DNA of 64,000 bases from Calditrichia bacterium (GTDB lineage: Bacteria; Calditrichota; Calditrichia; JAJRVZ01), in NCBI GenBank assembly GCA_963777955.1, contig CAVZSQ010000019.1:320001-384000 (forward strand), in the 5' to 3' direction. Position 1 is the first letter of the stretch, and each line of letters starts with the position of its first letter. The notes beneath the pieces are model-generated. The model did no database searches and was not told the origin of the DNA. It saw nothing but the letters and a program-made list of their open reading frames with translations. This document shows, one piece after another, positions 22,483-32,001 of the stretch. A program made the translations under genes and the position numbers.

Positions 22483-23814
22483 TCAGGAAGCAGGAGGATA
22501 AACGGCATATTTATTGCCTTCGGTTATGATAGTGATGGTCGTGGCTGGATTTTGGGCAATCCAATGATCGACCAGATCCTGAGCATTATGGCAGGGTGTT
22601 AAATGAATATCTTCCAGCTCCTGATCCGTCAATCTGCTCATGACATGAATTGATTTCAGATTACTGATCATCTGGGCGAATTTATATGTTTTATGCGCAT
22701 ACATGACATATTTTTGGTTGTATTGCTCCATAATTGCCGGCAGGGGTTGTTTCAAGGGATCATAAAAATTATGAATAGATTTTTCCGGACCAATACCATT
22801 ACGGCAGCCAGCCAGAAACAACACCTCTCCGCCCTGACGAATGCCATTCTTACTTAATTCCAGCGCGCGTTGTGCAGAATATAAAGATTCGTCGTTGGGG
22901 TAACCGCCGCAACTAACGATTAAATTATCCGCTACGGGAATTTGCACACTCATCAATCGGTCGACTTGCCTGATCCCTTCGGTAACGGTCGGTTCCAGCA
23001 AGCCAGCCCCGGCCCAGAGAATATTATTCTTGATGGAAATCGTGGCAACTACATACACCGGCCGGTGGCGCACAATCAGCCGGTACGCTTCCCACATATC
23101 CTGAGCCAGTGGATTGGTACGCCGTTTTACATCGGGATGCAGGGGATGATGCCCGAAGGTGGATTCCGGACGCAGGCTTAAAGCATGATTTTGCTCAACC
23201 GTCTGGTAGGCACATATACCCGGAACGAAATTTTTTATAGCATTGGAATAGCCGGCAAAATAGTGATTTTTCATATCGGACAGTACGATGAATATTTCAG
23301 CATCCTGAATGGCGGTATTGACCATGACCTGATTGCCAATCGAATCGGTGGTGCCGGCTGCATAGAAAGGACCGTGCTGACAATCGTGAATAATAATCCT
23401 GCCCAAAGCGAATTCATATTGGGCTGCATATTGCCGCAGGCTTTCCACAATTTCGTAATTCCCATCATTCTCACCATCATGAGTACCGGTGGCCAGCAGT
23501 ACCGTTATTTTTTCGGCGACAGGCAAATGAGGGCCCAGAACCGTTAATAAATCATCTAGCGGAACCGTCCTGGTGGCATCCTCTACAATCATAGCCACAC
23601 GTTTGTTACGGATCAGATCCTCTAACCGCACCGCGTGTGTGCCATGCCCCTCTGCTGATCGTGCCACGGCCTCTTTTAATTTATCCCGGTTCTCACCATT
23701 GACCGATCCCTGTTTTAAATCCATGTAAAATTGGACATTGGCGGCCGGAATTTTAAGCTCGATCTCTGAGTCATCATAAGGAATACGATATGATTGGTGT
23801 ATCAATTCATTCAT
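22483..23814 (-). CDS. LarA-like nickel-pincer-dependent racemase/epimerase
   Basis: EDATR, ATGTH, HYFAGYSNAIK, NH, GGYPND motifs of the lactate racemase family. Confidence 0.82.
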   Translation of the reverse strand: MNELIHQSYRIPYDDSEIELKIPAANVQFYMDLKQGSVNGENRDKLKEAVARSAEGHGTHAVRLEDLIRNKRVAMIVEDATRTVPLDDLLTVLGPHLPVAEKITVLLATGTHDGENDGNYEIVESLRQYAAQYEFALGRIIIHDCQHGPFYAAGTTDSIGNQVMVNTAIQDAEIFIVLSDMKNHYFAGYSNAIKNFVPGICAYQTVEQNHALSLRPESTFGHHPLHPDVKRRTNPLAQDMWEAYRLIVRHRPVYVVATISIKNNILWAGAGLLEPTVTEGIRQVDRLMSVQIPVADNLIVSCGGYPNDESLYSAQRALELSKNGIRQGGEVLFLAGCRNGIGPEKSIHNFYDPLKQPLPAIMEQYNQKYVMYAHKTYKFAQMISNLKSIHVMSRLTDQELEDIHLTPCHNAQDLVDHWIAQNPATTITIITEGNKYAVYPPAS

Positions 23815-23925
23815 ATTTCTACCGCTTATATTAAAATATTATACGTAGAAACCTGTTATTTGCTTCAGCTCTGATCTGCACTGTTTTGCCAAAACACATT
23901 TTTACTGTCAGCATCTTAGCCCTGC

Positions 23926-25083
23926 CTATGTTACTCTGATATAATCCAGTACCTTTTTCGCTGCCTGTAAGGATGCCCCGGGGGGACCCAGTTTTTCCCC
24001 GACAATTTTCAGTTTTTCCCGTATTTTATCATTTACGGGTTGTTGGAAAAATCCGGCCAGCAGGATAGCAGCTTTGTGGACCTGAAAATCGTCCTGCAAC
24101 AACTCATCAGCAACTTTTTCTCCGGCCACAATGTTGGCCAGGCCAATAAACTTAAGTCGTACCAGCATTTTACCCAGGAACCAGGTCAATCGATGCACTT
24201 TATATACGATTATCATCGGAACCCGAAAATAGGCTGTCTCCAGTGTAGCCGTGCCAGAAGATACCAGGGCAGCATCCAATCGATTATAAAAGCCATCCAT
24301 ATTCCCACGGTACAATTTAATATAATCTTCCTGCCCAATATACTGATTATAAACCGAATCCGGTATATGATTCACACCGGCGATCAAAACATGATCGATC
24401 AGTTTTTTCTGATGGAGCAATCTGCTGGTGGCGGTCATATTGACCAGTAAATTCGAAAGTTCCTGCATCCGGCTGCCCGGCAAAAGACCAAGGACAACTT
24501 CTCCCGCCGGATTAAAACTTTTTGGCCGGACCTGATTATAATATGTATCCACCAGCGGATGCCCGACATAATCAGCCTGGATACCGTAACGGGCATAGAA
24601 TTCAACCTCAAAGGGAAAAAGTACCAGCATATGGTCGACGTATTTCTTGATCCTTCTTACCCTACCCTGGCCCCAGGCCCATAACTGCGGACTGATATAA
24701 TAAATCACCTGAATTCCCATCTTCTTAATCTTTTTCGCCAGGCGCAGATTGAATCCCGGGTAATCAACCAGAATGACTGCCTGAGGCCTTACTTCATTTA
24801 TATGTTTAACCAGGTTTTTGAATACCTTTCTGATCGCAGGCAGGTGCCGGATCACTTCGCCCAATCCCAGATAGGCCATCTGTCTTATATGAAATATAGC
24901 CCGAAATCCCCCGCTGATCATACTATCACCGCCGATGCCGCTAAACCTGATACCCGGCTTTAGCTTTTTTATTTCTGAAATCAATCCGGCCGCATGCATA
25001 TCACCGGATACCTCACCGGCAACAACGACCAGGTTTATTGATTCCCCGGCAGGAATATTTTCGGTTCTTTCTTCTAGATCCAT
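23926..25083 (-). CDS. lpxB: Lipid-A-disaccharide synthase
   Basis: AGEVSGD, DYPGFN, YISPQLWAW, VGHPL, LLPGSR, SGTATLE. Confidence 0.97.
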   Translation of the reverse strand: MDLEERTENIPAGESINLVVVAGEVSGDMHAAGLISEIKKLKPGIRFSGIGGDSMISGGFRAIFHIRQMAYLGLGEVIRHLPAIRKVFKNLVKHINEVRPQAVILVDYPGFNLRLAKKIKKMGIQVIYYISPQLWAWGQGRVRRIKKYVDHMLVLFPFEVEFYARYGIQADYVGHPLVDTYYNQVRPKSFNPAGEVVLGLLPGSRMQELSNLLVNMTATSRLLHQKKLIDHVLIAGVNHIPDSVYNQYIGQEDYIKLYRGNMDGFYNRLDAALVSSGTATLETAYFRVPMIIVYKVHRLTWFLGKMLVRLKFIGLANIVAGEKVADELLQDDFQVHKAAILLAGFFQQPVNDKIREKLKIVGEKLGPPGASLQAAKKVLDYIRVT

Positions 25084-25224
25084 TCACTTGACCCGATCAT
25101 GGGTGATTTTTATTTATCACGATAACTGAATATACGATATTTTGAGGGATTTTGGTAGCCGCTGAACCAGCCTTACAATTGATGGGGATTAAAGAGTAGT
25201 ATATAACTGATTGAGAACTAAACA

Positions 25225-25253
25225 GCAACCGCAGGACAAAGTCCTGCGGTTGC
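25225..25253 (-). terminator. Perfect 13-bp hairpin downstream of the 25273 gene
   Basis: GCAACCGCAGGAC-AAA-GTCCTGCGGTTGC; weak U tail on the minus strand. Confidence 0.65.
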
Positions 25254-25272
25254 CGATCGTGAAAAGAAACCG

Positions 25273-25641
25273 TTACTCCCCTGATCCCGCAGAAGATTTC
25301 CGGTCGAGTTCACGTTTGGCCAGAAAATAATAGACCAGAAATGCTATTCCGGCCATTATGAACATTGCACATAAGGTCATCTGTTCTTTTTCACCTGCCG
25401 GAAATTGTTGTCCAATTATTATTCCCAAGCCAAGAGCGATCAAAACGAGTCCCCAGCGTACCGAATTAAATGGTTCAGAAAAAGTATTTGGACTTTTAAA
25501 GTACAGATACTTGATCTTTTCATCAACCTGACCACTATCTATCAGGCGCCGGCGGATGCGATTATCCGAAACGACCTTAACGATATAACCGATTATTCCA
25601 AAAAAGACTGGTACGATAATTATGGGTGCAAGATTTTCCAT
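25273..25641 (-). CDS. Small 3-TM membrane protein (DUF6249-like), divergent from ECF sigma
   Basis: TM-RRRLID-SVRWGLVLIALGLG-TM pattern; GGAG RBS. Confidence 0.75.
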   Translation of the reverse strand: MENLAPIIIVPVFFGIIGYIVKVVSDNRIRRRLIDSGQVDEKIKYLYFKSPNTFSEPFNSVRWGLVLIALGLGIIIGQQFPAGEKEQMTLCAMFIMAGIAFLVYYFLAKRELDRKSSAGSGE

Positions 25642-25676
25642 TAGTTACTCCTTCAAATTTTATATGCTGATAGAAT

Positions 25677-25703
25677 AGACACACCCAGATGCAAAAAGTT
25701 GCA
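25677..25703 (-). promoter_or_regulatory. Putative ECF-sigma promoter for the DUF6249-like gene
   Basis: Minus strand TGCAAC-N17-GTCT. Confidence 0.75.
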
Positions 25704-25716
25704 GGTAGAATTTGAC

Positions 25717-25743
25717 TGCAACATTTTTTATTTTAAATTGTCT
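25717..25743 (+). promoter_or_regulatory. Putative autoregulatory ECF-sigma promoter
   Basis: Plus strand TGCAAC-N17-GTCT, ending 18 nt before the sigma ATG. Confidence 0.75.
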
Positions 25744-25761
25744 TATCTGTTAAACTGACGC

Positions 25762-26367
25762 ATGCGAGTGGATGACGATAAACTTATAATTGAAGAAATC
25801 CTGGGCGGTGCAACAAATTCATTCCGCATCCTGGTCGAACGCTATCAACGACTGGTGGTGCATATTGTTTTCCGACTAATCCCTAATCCGGCCGACCGGG
25901 AAGAAATCTGTCAAGAAATTTTTATCAAGGTTTATCAGCATCTGGCCACATTTAAGTTCAGTTCCAAATTGTCAACCTGGATTGGCAGAATCGCATTCAA
26001 TACCACTATGAACCATCTGCGCAAAGAAAAAATGACCTTGTTCGATGATTTCTCTTCTTCAATCGATAAAGAGCATGACCGGTGCACCAATCTTGGTCCG
26101 GATAACTTTCAACCCGGTCAGATCAAGCCGGATACCTTTTCTGAAAACGAGGAGAAATACAGGATCGTACAGGAACGTGTGGCCGATCTCCCGGCCCCGT
26201 ACCGGTTGATCATAACCCTGTTTCACCTGGATGAATTGAGTTATCAGGAAATTGCCGCCATTACCGCTTTACCGGAGGGTACTATAAAAAGTCATCTGTT
26301 TCGTGGTCGAAGATTACTTAAAGAAAAATTAGTTACCGAATTTAAAGGAGAGGAAATATGGACCTGA
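25762..26367 (+). CDS. ECF RNA polymerase sigma factor
   Basis: Region 2 (QEIFIKVY...FSSKLSTWIGRIAFN) and region 4 (LSYQEIA...GTIKSHLFRGR). Confidence 0.95.
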   Translation: MRVDDDKLIIEEILGGATNSFRILVERYQRLVVHIVFRLIPNPADREEICQEIFIKVYQHLATFKFSSKLSTWIGRIAFNTTMNHLRKEKMTLFDDFSSSIDKEHDRCTNLGPDNFQPGQIKPDTFSENEEKYRIVQERVADLPAPYRLIITLFHLDELSYQEIAAITALPEGTIKSHLFRGRRLLKEKLVTEFKGEEIWT

Positions 26368-26834
26368 GCCATCTTTCCGATGAACAAATTCAAAATTACC
26401 TTGATCAGGCCGATCCGCTCAACCGGGCAGAAATTGAAAGACATTTACAAAATTGTCTGTACTGTACCCACAATCTCCAGATCTACCGGGGTATCTATCA
26501 CCAGTTGAGCCAGGATCTGCTACCGGATCTTTCTAAAAATTTTTCCGGTCTGGTATTAACCAGAATAAAATCCAGTCAGGATGAGAAAACCAACTTCTGG
26601 GAAAATATCTTTTTTATAGCCCTGTTGGTAATCGGTGCCGTAATCAGTTCTTACCTGATTAATCCGCTGCCTTTACTAAAATTAATGGCAGAACCTCTAT
26701 ATGATCTTTTTAGCAAAACCCTGAGTATAGTTCCCGGGCAATTAAATAATACCCTGATTCTGATTGCCGGCGGGATAGTAATCCTCATTTTCTACGAATT
26801 TTTAAATAATAAACTATTGAAATCTAAATTATAA
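26358..26834 (+). CDS. Zinc-binding anti-sigma factor with TM segments
   Basis: HLQNCLYC (HxxxCxxC) ZAS motif; overlaps the sigma stop. Confidence 0.88.
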   Translation: MDLSHLSDEQIQNYLDQADPLNRAEIERHLQNCLYCTHNLQIYRGIYHQLSQDLLPDLSKNFSGLVLTRIKSSQDEKTNFWENIFFIALLVIGAVISSYLINPLPLLKLMAEPLYDLFSKTLSIVPGQLNNTLILIAGGIVILIFYEFLNNKLLKSKL

Positions 26835-26909
26835 TTCAGCCCTGCTGAACTCTGATCTCAAATTGCTTTTATGGCCTGAAATTATTAATTTTATGCGCTT
26901 ATTATACCG

Positions 26910-26994
26910 GCGAGGATGGCGGAATTTGGTAGACGCGCTAGACTTAGGATCTAGTAGGTATGAGCCTATGGGGGTTCAAGTCCCCCTCCTCGCA
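26910..26994 (+). tRNA. tRNA-Leu (anticodon TAG)
   Basis: GCGAGGA/TCCTCGC acceptor stem, CTAGA-CTTAGGA-TCTAG anticodon arm, long variable arm, GGTTCAAGTCC T arm; CCA not encoded. Confidence 0.97.
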
Positions 26995-27009
26995 CTATTC
27001 AGGCAGTGA

Positions 27010-29253
27010 TCAAACGACCTGTATCTTTCCTGATCCGCTTTTTTGAAACTTCCCTATTTCTGCAGCAGTTATGAGTCCGGCCTGATGCAGCTCGGTGATA
27101 ATCTGCTCTGCTGACCGTGGCGGAATTGCAGCCAGCAAGCCACCAGATGTCTGTGCATCAGCCAGAATATATTTCATGGAATCCGCTATTGAACCATCCC
27201 ACTGCACCCGCGCTCCTGCATATTCTAGATTATTCCTGGTACCGCCGGGCACCATACCCAGATTAATGAAATCTGCTACCGCTCCCATTACTGGAATACG
27301 GGCAGCCGATAACTGCACATCCACGCGACTGGCTACGCTCATCTCAAGCAGGTGACCCAGCAAACCAAAACCGCTCACATCGGTACAGGCGTGAACCCTA
27401 TAGTTTTTCAGAATTTCCGCTGCCGTTTTATTCAATTGAACCATCACTGCTGTAACTTCCTGACATTTCTCCGCAGTCAACAATCCATTCTTAAGTGCGG
27501 TGGTCAGAATCCCCGTCCCTAATGGTTTAGTCAGGATCAGGACATCCCCCGGTTCTGCACCATGATTTCTCCAGATTTGTTTGGGATGCACCACTCCGCA
27601 GACAACCAGTCCGTATTTCGGTTCGTTATCTTCAATGGTATGTCCACCCAGAATTGCTATTCCCGCTTCGCCGGCCACCTGCTGGGCACCCTGTAATATT
27701 TTTTCCAGTACCTCCAGCGCTAAGCGTTGTGAAGGAAATCCAACTAAATTCAGGGCCAGCAGAGGTTGTGCCCCCATAGCATATATATCGCTCAGCGCAT
27801 TGCTGGCAGCAATACGGCCAAAATCAAAAGGATCATCGACAATCGGAGTAAAAAAATCTACAGTCTGTACAATAGCGGTTTGCTCATTGATCTGGAATAC
27901 GGCAGCATCGTCAGCAGTTTCCGTCCCGACCAATATCCTGCGGTCAACCGGCACAGGTAGATGTTGCAGGATTCTCTCCAGAACCTGCGGCTTGAGTTTA
28001 CAGGCGCAGCCCAGCCCCTGCGTAAAATGGGTTAACCTGGGCATTTCTGCCGGGATTTCAGCCACAGCGCCGGTACCTGCCGGAATTAATTTTTTTACCG
28101 CACCGCTCACAATCCGGATAGTTTCTTCTATTTCCCGGCTGGTGGTCATCCGCCCTGTGGAAAACCGCACAGTACCCATAGCATACTCTGCAGGTACCTG
28201 CATAGCCTGCAAGGTCGGGGAAATATCAATCCGGTCTGAATGGCAGGCCGCTCCGGCTGACACGGCGATTCTGTCACCAATCTCCGACAGCAATAGATTC
28301 GCTTCAATATTAGCAAAACTTATACTGAGTGTATTCGGCAGGCGGTGCTCCGGGTGACCATTGAGCCGGAAAGGTACATGTTCTGTTAACTCGCTGACCA
28401 ATCCGTCGTATAGTTGGTCACGTGTGGATTTCAGATTCTCCATGACTGACGGCAGTTCTGCGACGGCAATTTCGCAGGCTTTGCCCAGACCGATGATTTC
28501 GAGCACATTCTCGGTACCGGCACGCCGGTCGTGTTCATGACCGGCGCCATGGATCAACTTTTCCAACTTCACTCCCCGGCGAACATAGAGCACTCCAATC
28601 CCTTTGGGAGCATATAACTTATGTCCGGCCAGCGAGAGCAGATCGACACCAAGTTCATTGACCCGTACAGAAATTTTGCCCGCACTCTGTGCAGCGTCAG
28701 TATGCATCAGAATATTGTGACGATGCGCCACAGCTGCAATTTCCGGAATCGGTTGAATCGTTCCCACTTCATTATTGGCATGCATGATTGTGATCAGGAT
28801 TGTTTCCGGTCTAATGGCCCTGCGGATATCTTCCGGATCGACCCGGCCATATGAATCGACGGGTACATAGGTAACTTCAAATTGGTGTGCTGCCAAATAC
28901 CGGCATACTTCCATGACTGCCGGATGCTCAACCGCCGATGTGATCAGATGGCGGCCCGAACGGTTTTCAGCAAAGGTCTGGCCTTTTAAGGCCAGACCTT
29001 TAAAGGCCAGACCTTTGATGGCCATATTATTGGATTCACTTCCGCCACTGGTAAAGATTATTTCTTCGGCAGCACATCCAAGCAATCCGGCAATCTGCTG
29101 CCGGGCCAGTTCTATCGCCTGGCGGGTCTGCAGGCCATAGGCATGAGAACTGGAAGGATTTCCGAAATATTCGGTTAAAAATGGTTGCATGGCAGCCACA
29201 ACCTCGGGCAGGAGGGGTGTGGTGGCATTATAGTCGAGATAGATAGGTTTCAC
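27010..29253 (-). CDS. selD: Fusion of NifS-type cysteine desulfurase/selenocysteine lyase and selenophosphate synthetase SelD
   Basis: N-terminus DYNATTP, HTDAAQ, GHKLY, GAACHS. C-terminus GLGCACK, DDAAV, TVDFFTP, GGHT, TDVSGFGLLGH, DAQTSGGLL. One uninterrupted 747-aa ORF. Confidence 0.93.
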   Translation of the reverse strand: MKPIYLDYNATTPLLPEVVAAMQPFLTEYFGNPSSSHAYGLQTRQAIELARQQIAGLLGCAAEEIIFTSGGSESNNMAIKGLAFKGLALKGQTFAENRSGRHLITSAVEHPAVMEVCRYLAAHQFEVTYVPVDSYGRVDPEDIRRAIRPETILITIMHANNEVGTIQPIPEIAAVAHRHNILMHTDAAQSAGKISVRVNELGVDLLSLAGHKLYAPKGIGVLYVRRGVKLEKLIHGAGHEHDRRAGTENVLEIIGLGKACEIAVAELPSVMENLKSTRDQLYDGLVSELTEHVPFRLNGHPEHRLPNTLSISFANIEANLLLSEIGDRIAVSAGAACHSDRIDISPTLQAMQVPAEYAMGTVRFSTGRMTTSREIEETIRIVSGAVKKLIPAGTGAVAEIPAEMPRLTHFTQGLGCACKLKPQVLERILQHLPVPVDRRILVGTETADDAAVFQINEQTAIVQTVDFFTPIVDDPFDFGRIAASNALSDIYAMGAQPLLALNLVGFPSQRLALEVLEKILQGAQQVAGEAGIAILGGHTIEDNEPKYGLVVCGVVHPKQIWRNHGAEPGDVLILTKPLGTGILTTALKNGLLTAEKCQEVTAVMVQLNKTAAEILKNYRVHACTDVSGFGLLGHLLEMSVASRVDVQLSAARIPVMGAVADFINLGMVPGGTRNNLEYAGARVQWDGSIADSMKYILADAQTSGGLLAAIPPRSAEQIITELHQAGLITAAEIGKFQKSGSGKIQVV

Positions 29254-29289
29254 CGGTTATACTCCCTTGGGATTTACGGTTTTAATTTA

Positions 29290-30720
29290 TTAAATTATCA
29301 AATTAAAATTATGCGGCAGATTAATCCGGATCTCATTGTTTTCAACATAGACACAGGCCAAAATCTCTTTTTCGTATTCCAGAGCATAGTAGCCCTGCTC
29401 AAAAGCAGGGTACGAAACTCTTCCTTTTTCGAAAAGTGCCTTCAACATAATAGTATCTATTTCTAATCTTCTTCTGGAAATATAATCTGAGAAAACCTGA
29501 GCACTGCTATTGAGCAGTTTCCAACCGAATAATCTTTTTTCTGCCAGCAGCAGTCCGGCAAAAACGAAGCGCGGTTTTAAAACTCTATTGATTGCGTCAT
29601 TGACCAGCCAGAGTCTGGTGCTGGTAAGAATAAAACGGTATCTTTTCCAGATAGCAGAATCGATTCCCCAGTTTTTTTCAAGATCGGATAAAATCGCCCC
29701 AACTGCCGGGGCATCTGAAGACAGGGTCGGAACGAAATTTGCAGAGAGCACTTCTTTTGATTTATTAATCGACGCGAGTTTACGCAGTTTAACCACGAAA
29801 AATCCTTCCATGCGCTGCCGCTGCGGCCAGACTCTGATGGCCTGGGCTAATGATGGATTTAAATCAAGATCTGCATATTTTATCCATCCCGGACTGAATA
29901 ATCTGCTTAATTCCTTTGCTGGTTCAATTATCTGCAGCGGATATTCCCCTATCAGCCGGTGGATCAGCATTTCATTCTCTTCAGGCGTAATCGAACAGGT
30001 CGAATAGACCAGTTCCCCGCCCACTTTAAGTGCTTTGATTGCCGATACTAATAATTGATACTGCACCCGGCTCAATTTCAGCACCTTATCCAGACTCCAC
30101 CAATCCCATACTGCCGGACTCGAATGGATCGTACCCAATGCACTGCACGGGGCATCCACTAATATTTTATCAAAATATTCCGGAAAAATCGAACCCATTC
30201 TTTCGCCCCAGGCATTGATCACATAGTAATTGATGGCGGCGCTGCGCTGCATGTTGACATTCAAGGATTGATGCCGGCTGCGCATGGCATCATTCAATAC
30301 TAATTCACCCTGGTTCCTCATCATCGCTGCCAACTGGGTCGATTTTGAACCCGGGGCCGCAGTCATGTCCAACACCCGCTCTCCGGGTTGCACATCGAGC
30401 AATATTACCGGCAACTGGGAGGAAGCATTCTGATACTGAAAATACCCTAAAAAAAAATATAACGTATGGCTCAGCGGGAGATTATCCTCCTGGAGTGTAT
30501 AACCGTTGCGGTTGAAGGGAATGCGCCGATAGTTCTGCTTCAGCCGGTCAAGACATTGCTCAAACTTCAGCTGGTTTGTTTTAAGTTCGTTTAAACGGAT
30601 AGCCGTTAATGGGGGTGCTGCTTCAATAAATGCAGGGTTTTCAGCACCTAATAGATTGTGCAGATAGCGGGTCAGTTCGGGATTTTGAGACCATGATATC
30701 ATGACCTGATCAGAGTACAC
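29290..30720 (-). CDS. RsmB/NOP2 (RsmF-like) RNA m5C methyltransferase
   Basis: LDMTAAPGSKS, DKILVDAPCS, YSTCSITPEENE. Confidence 0.92.
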   Translation of the reverse strand: MYSDQVMISWSQNPELTRYLHNLLGAENPAFIEAAPPLTAIRLNELKTNQLKFEQCLDRLKQNYRRIPFNRNGYTLQEDNLPLSHTLYFFLGYFQYQNASSQLPVILLDVQPGERVLDMTAAPGSKSTQLAAMMRNQGELVLNDAMRSRHQSLNVNMQRSAAINYYVINAWGERMGSIFPEYFDKILVDAPCSALGTIHSSPAVWDWWSLDKVLKLSRVQYQLLVSAIKALKVGGELVYSTCSITPEENEMLIHRLIGEYPLQIIEPAKELSRLFSPGWIKYADLDLNPSLAQAIRVWPQRQRMEGFFVVKLRKLASINKSKEVLSANFVPTLSSDAPAVGAILSDLEKNWGIDSAIWKRYRFILTSTRLWLVNDAINRVLKPRFVFAGLLLAEKRLFGWKLLNSSAQVFSDYISRRRLEIDTIMLKALFEKGRVSYPAFEQGYYALEYEKEILACVYVENNEIRINLPHNFNLII

Positions 30721-30735
30721 TTAGAAAAATATACT

Positions 30736-31812
30736 TCAGGATACAGCCCAGTGTTCTAAAGCCAGATCGCGCCGGATATTCTGGTAATGTCTAACGGTCA
30801 GCCGGTTGGAAAAGGTAAGAATCAATGCTTTCAGAAATTCAAGGCGAATGACATGTCTTGATATTTTGATACTATCGGTTTTCAACAGCCCCAGGGTATT
30901 GGTCTGAATAAGCCGCAATGTTTGCATTGCCCAGAATAATGGCAGCAGGCAGAAAAGACGGATCCTGGTCTCTTCTTTAGGCAGAGTCACGACATAATCC
31001 AGAGCCTTATCCAGATGCTCGACAGCTAACTGGACCATTTCATTGAATAATTTCTCCACCTGCTCGCTATTATCTGCCTCAAATATTGTCCGGCGGGTCA
31101 AACGGTATTTATGCAAAATTTCATCAGGAATATAAGATTGTCCCCGGCGCAGATCCCGGGTCATATCGCGGATGATATTGACCAGTTGCAGTCCTTTGCC
31201 GAATGATTCAGAAAAACTTTCCAGACGCGGCACAATAGCCGGAGTTATTTTTTTTGAAAAGTGAGCAAACAATGCTGTCAGCAAATGCCCGATTGTACCG
31301 GCTACATAGTAGGTATATTCATCCAGTTCCTGCATCGATTTAAGGAATTGCCATTTGCGGCGATTGTTTGCTTGCGCGTACTTGATCATCCCCATCGTCA
31401 TCTCGACGACCCAGATGCCGATCAGTTGTCGAACTTCCAGACTGAAAGATATATAAACCGCATAAACTTTATCCAGATTTTTGAGCAGATAAACATCCGG
31501 ATTATGGTCAGGAATTCCCTGCACGCACTTTATAAATTTCTCTTCGGCCTGATCCCCCCCTGCCCGGAAGATATCGGCGAATAGTAATAGATACTCTCGT
31601 TTTTCTTCCTGGCTCAGACTTTCTTCGTCTTCGACCGTATCGGCAATACGGCAGAGCAGATAAGCCGTCATCACCGGAACATTCAGGCGTTTTGGCAGCA
31701 TCCGGATGGTCGGAGCAAAGGTACGCGAAACTCTGGGCAGCATGGCGGCGCAGAACTCGCAATTGGGATCATTAGCCAGAATCGTTTTAATCTTTTTCAT
31801 ATTCTTCTGCAA
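30736..31812 (-). CDS. Squalene/phytoene synthase family protein
   Basis: VSRTFA, YLLCRIADTVED, YYVAGTIG, GLQLVNIIRD. Confidence 0.9.
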   Translation of the reverse strand: MQKNMKKIKTILANDPNCEFCAAMLPRVSRTFAPTIRMLPKRLNVPVMTAYLLCRIADTVEDEESLSQEEKREYLLLFADIFRAGGDQAEEKFIKCVQGIPDHNPDVYLLKNLDKVYAVYISFSLEVRQLIGIWVVEMTMGMIKYAQANNRRKWQFLKSMQELDEYTYYVAGTIGHLLTALFAHFSKKITPAIVPRLESFSESFGKGLQLVNIIRDMTRDLRRGQSYIPDEILHKYRLTRRTIFEADNSEQVEKLFNEMVQLAVEHLDKALDYVVTLPKEETRIRLFCLLPLFWAMQTLRLIQTNTLGLLKTDSIKISRHVIRLEFLKALILTFSNRLTVRHYQNIRRDLALEHWAVS

Positions 31813-32001
31813 TTATGAACCTGAAATATAAAACAATTACCCGTCGTAAACAACTAGCGATTACAAAATGAAAAACAGAAATGAATCATGAAATTTCTAT
31901 TTACATTTCGGATGCGGATGGTTAACTTGCGCCAATATTATATTTTTATTAAATTTAATCGTTTATTTTACGCTGCTGGGATTGCATGGAAAAGGAGAGT
32001 T

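Noticed and set aside
26910..26994. tRNA-Sec next to selD
   Set aside because: The anticodon is TAG (Leu) with a normal 7-bp acceptor stem.
28000..28012. Selenocysteine in the SelD active site
   Set aside because: The codon is TGC (Cys) and the ORF is uninterrupted.
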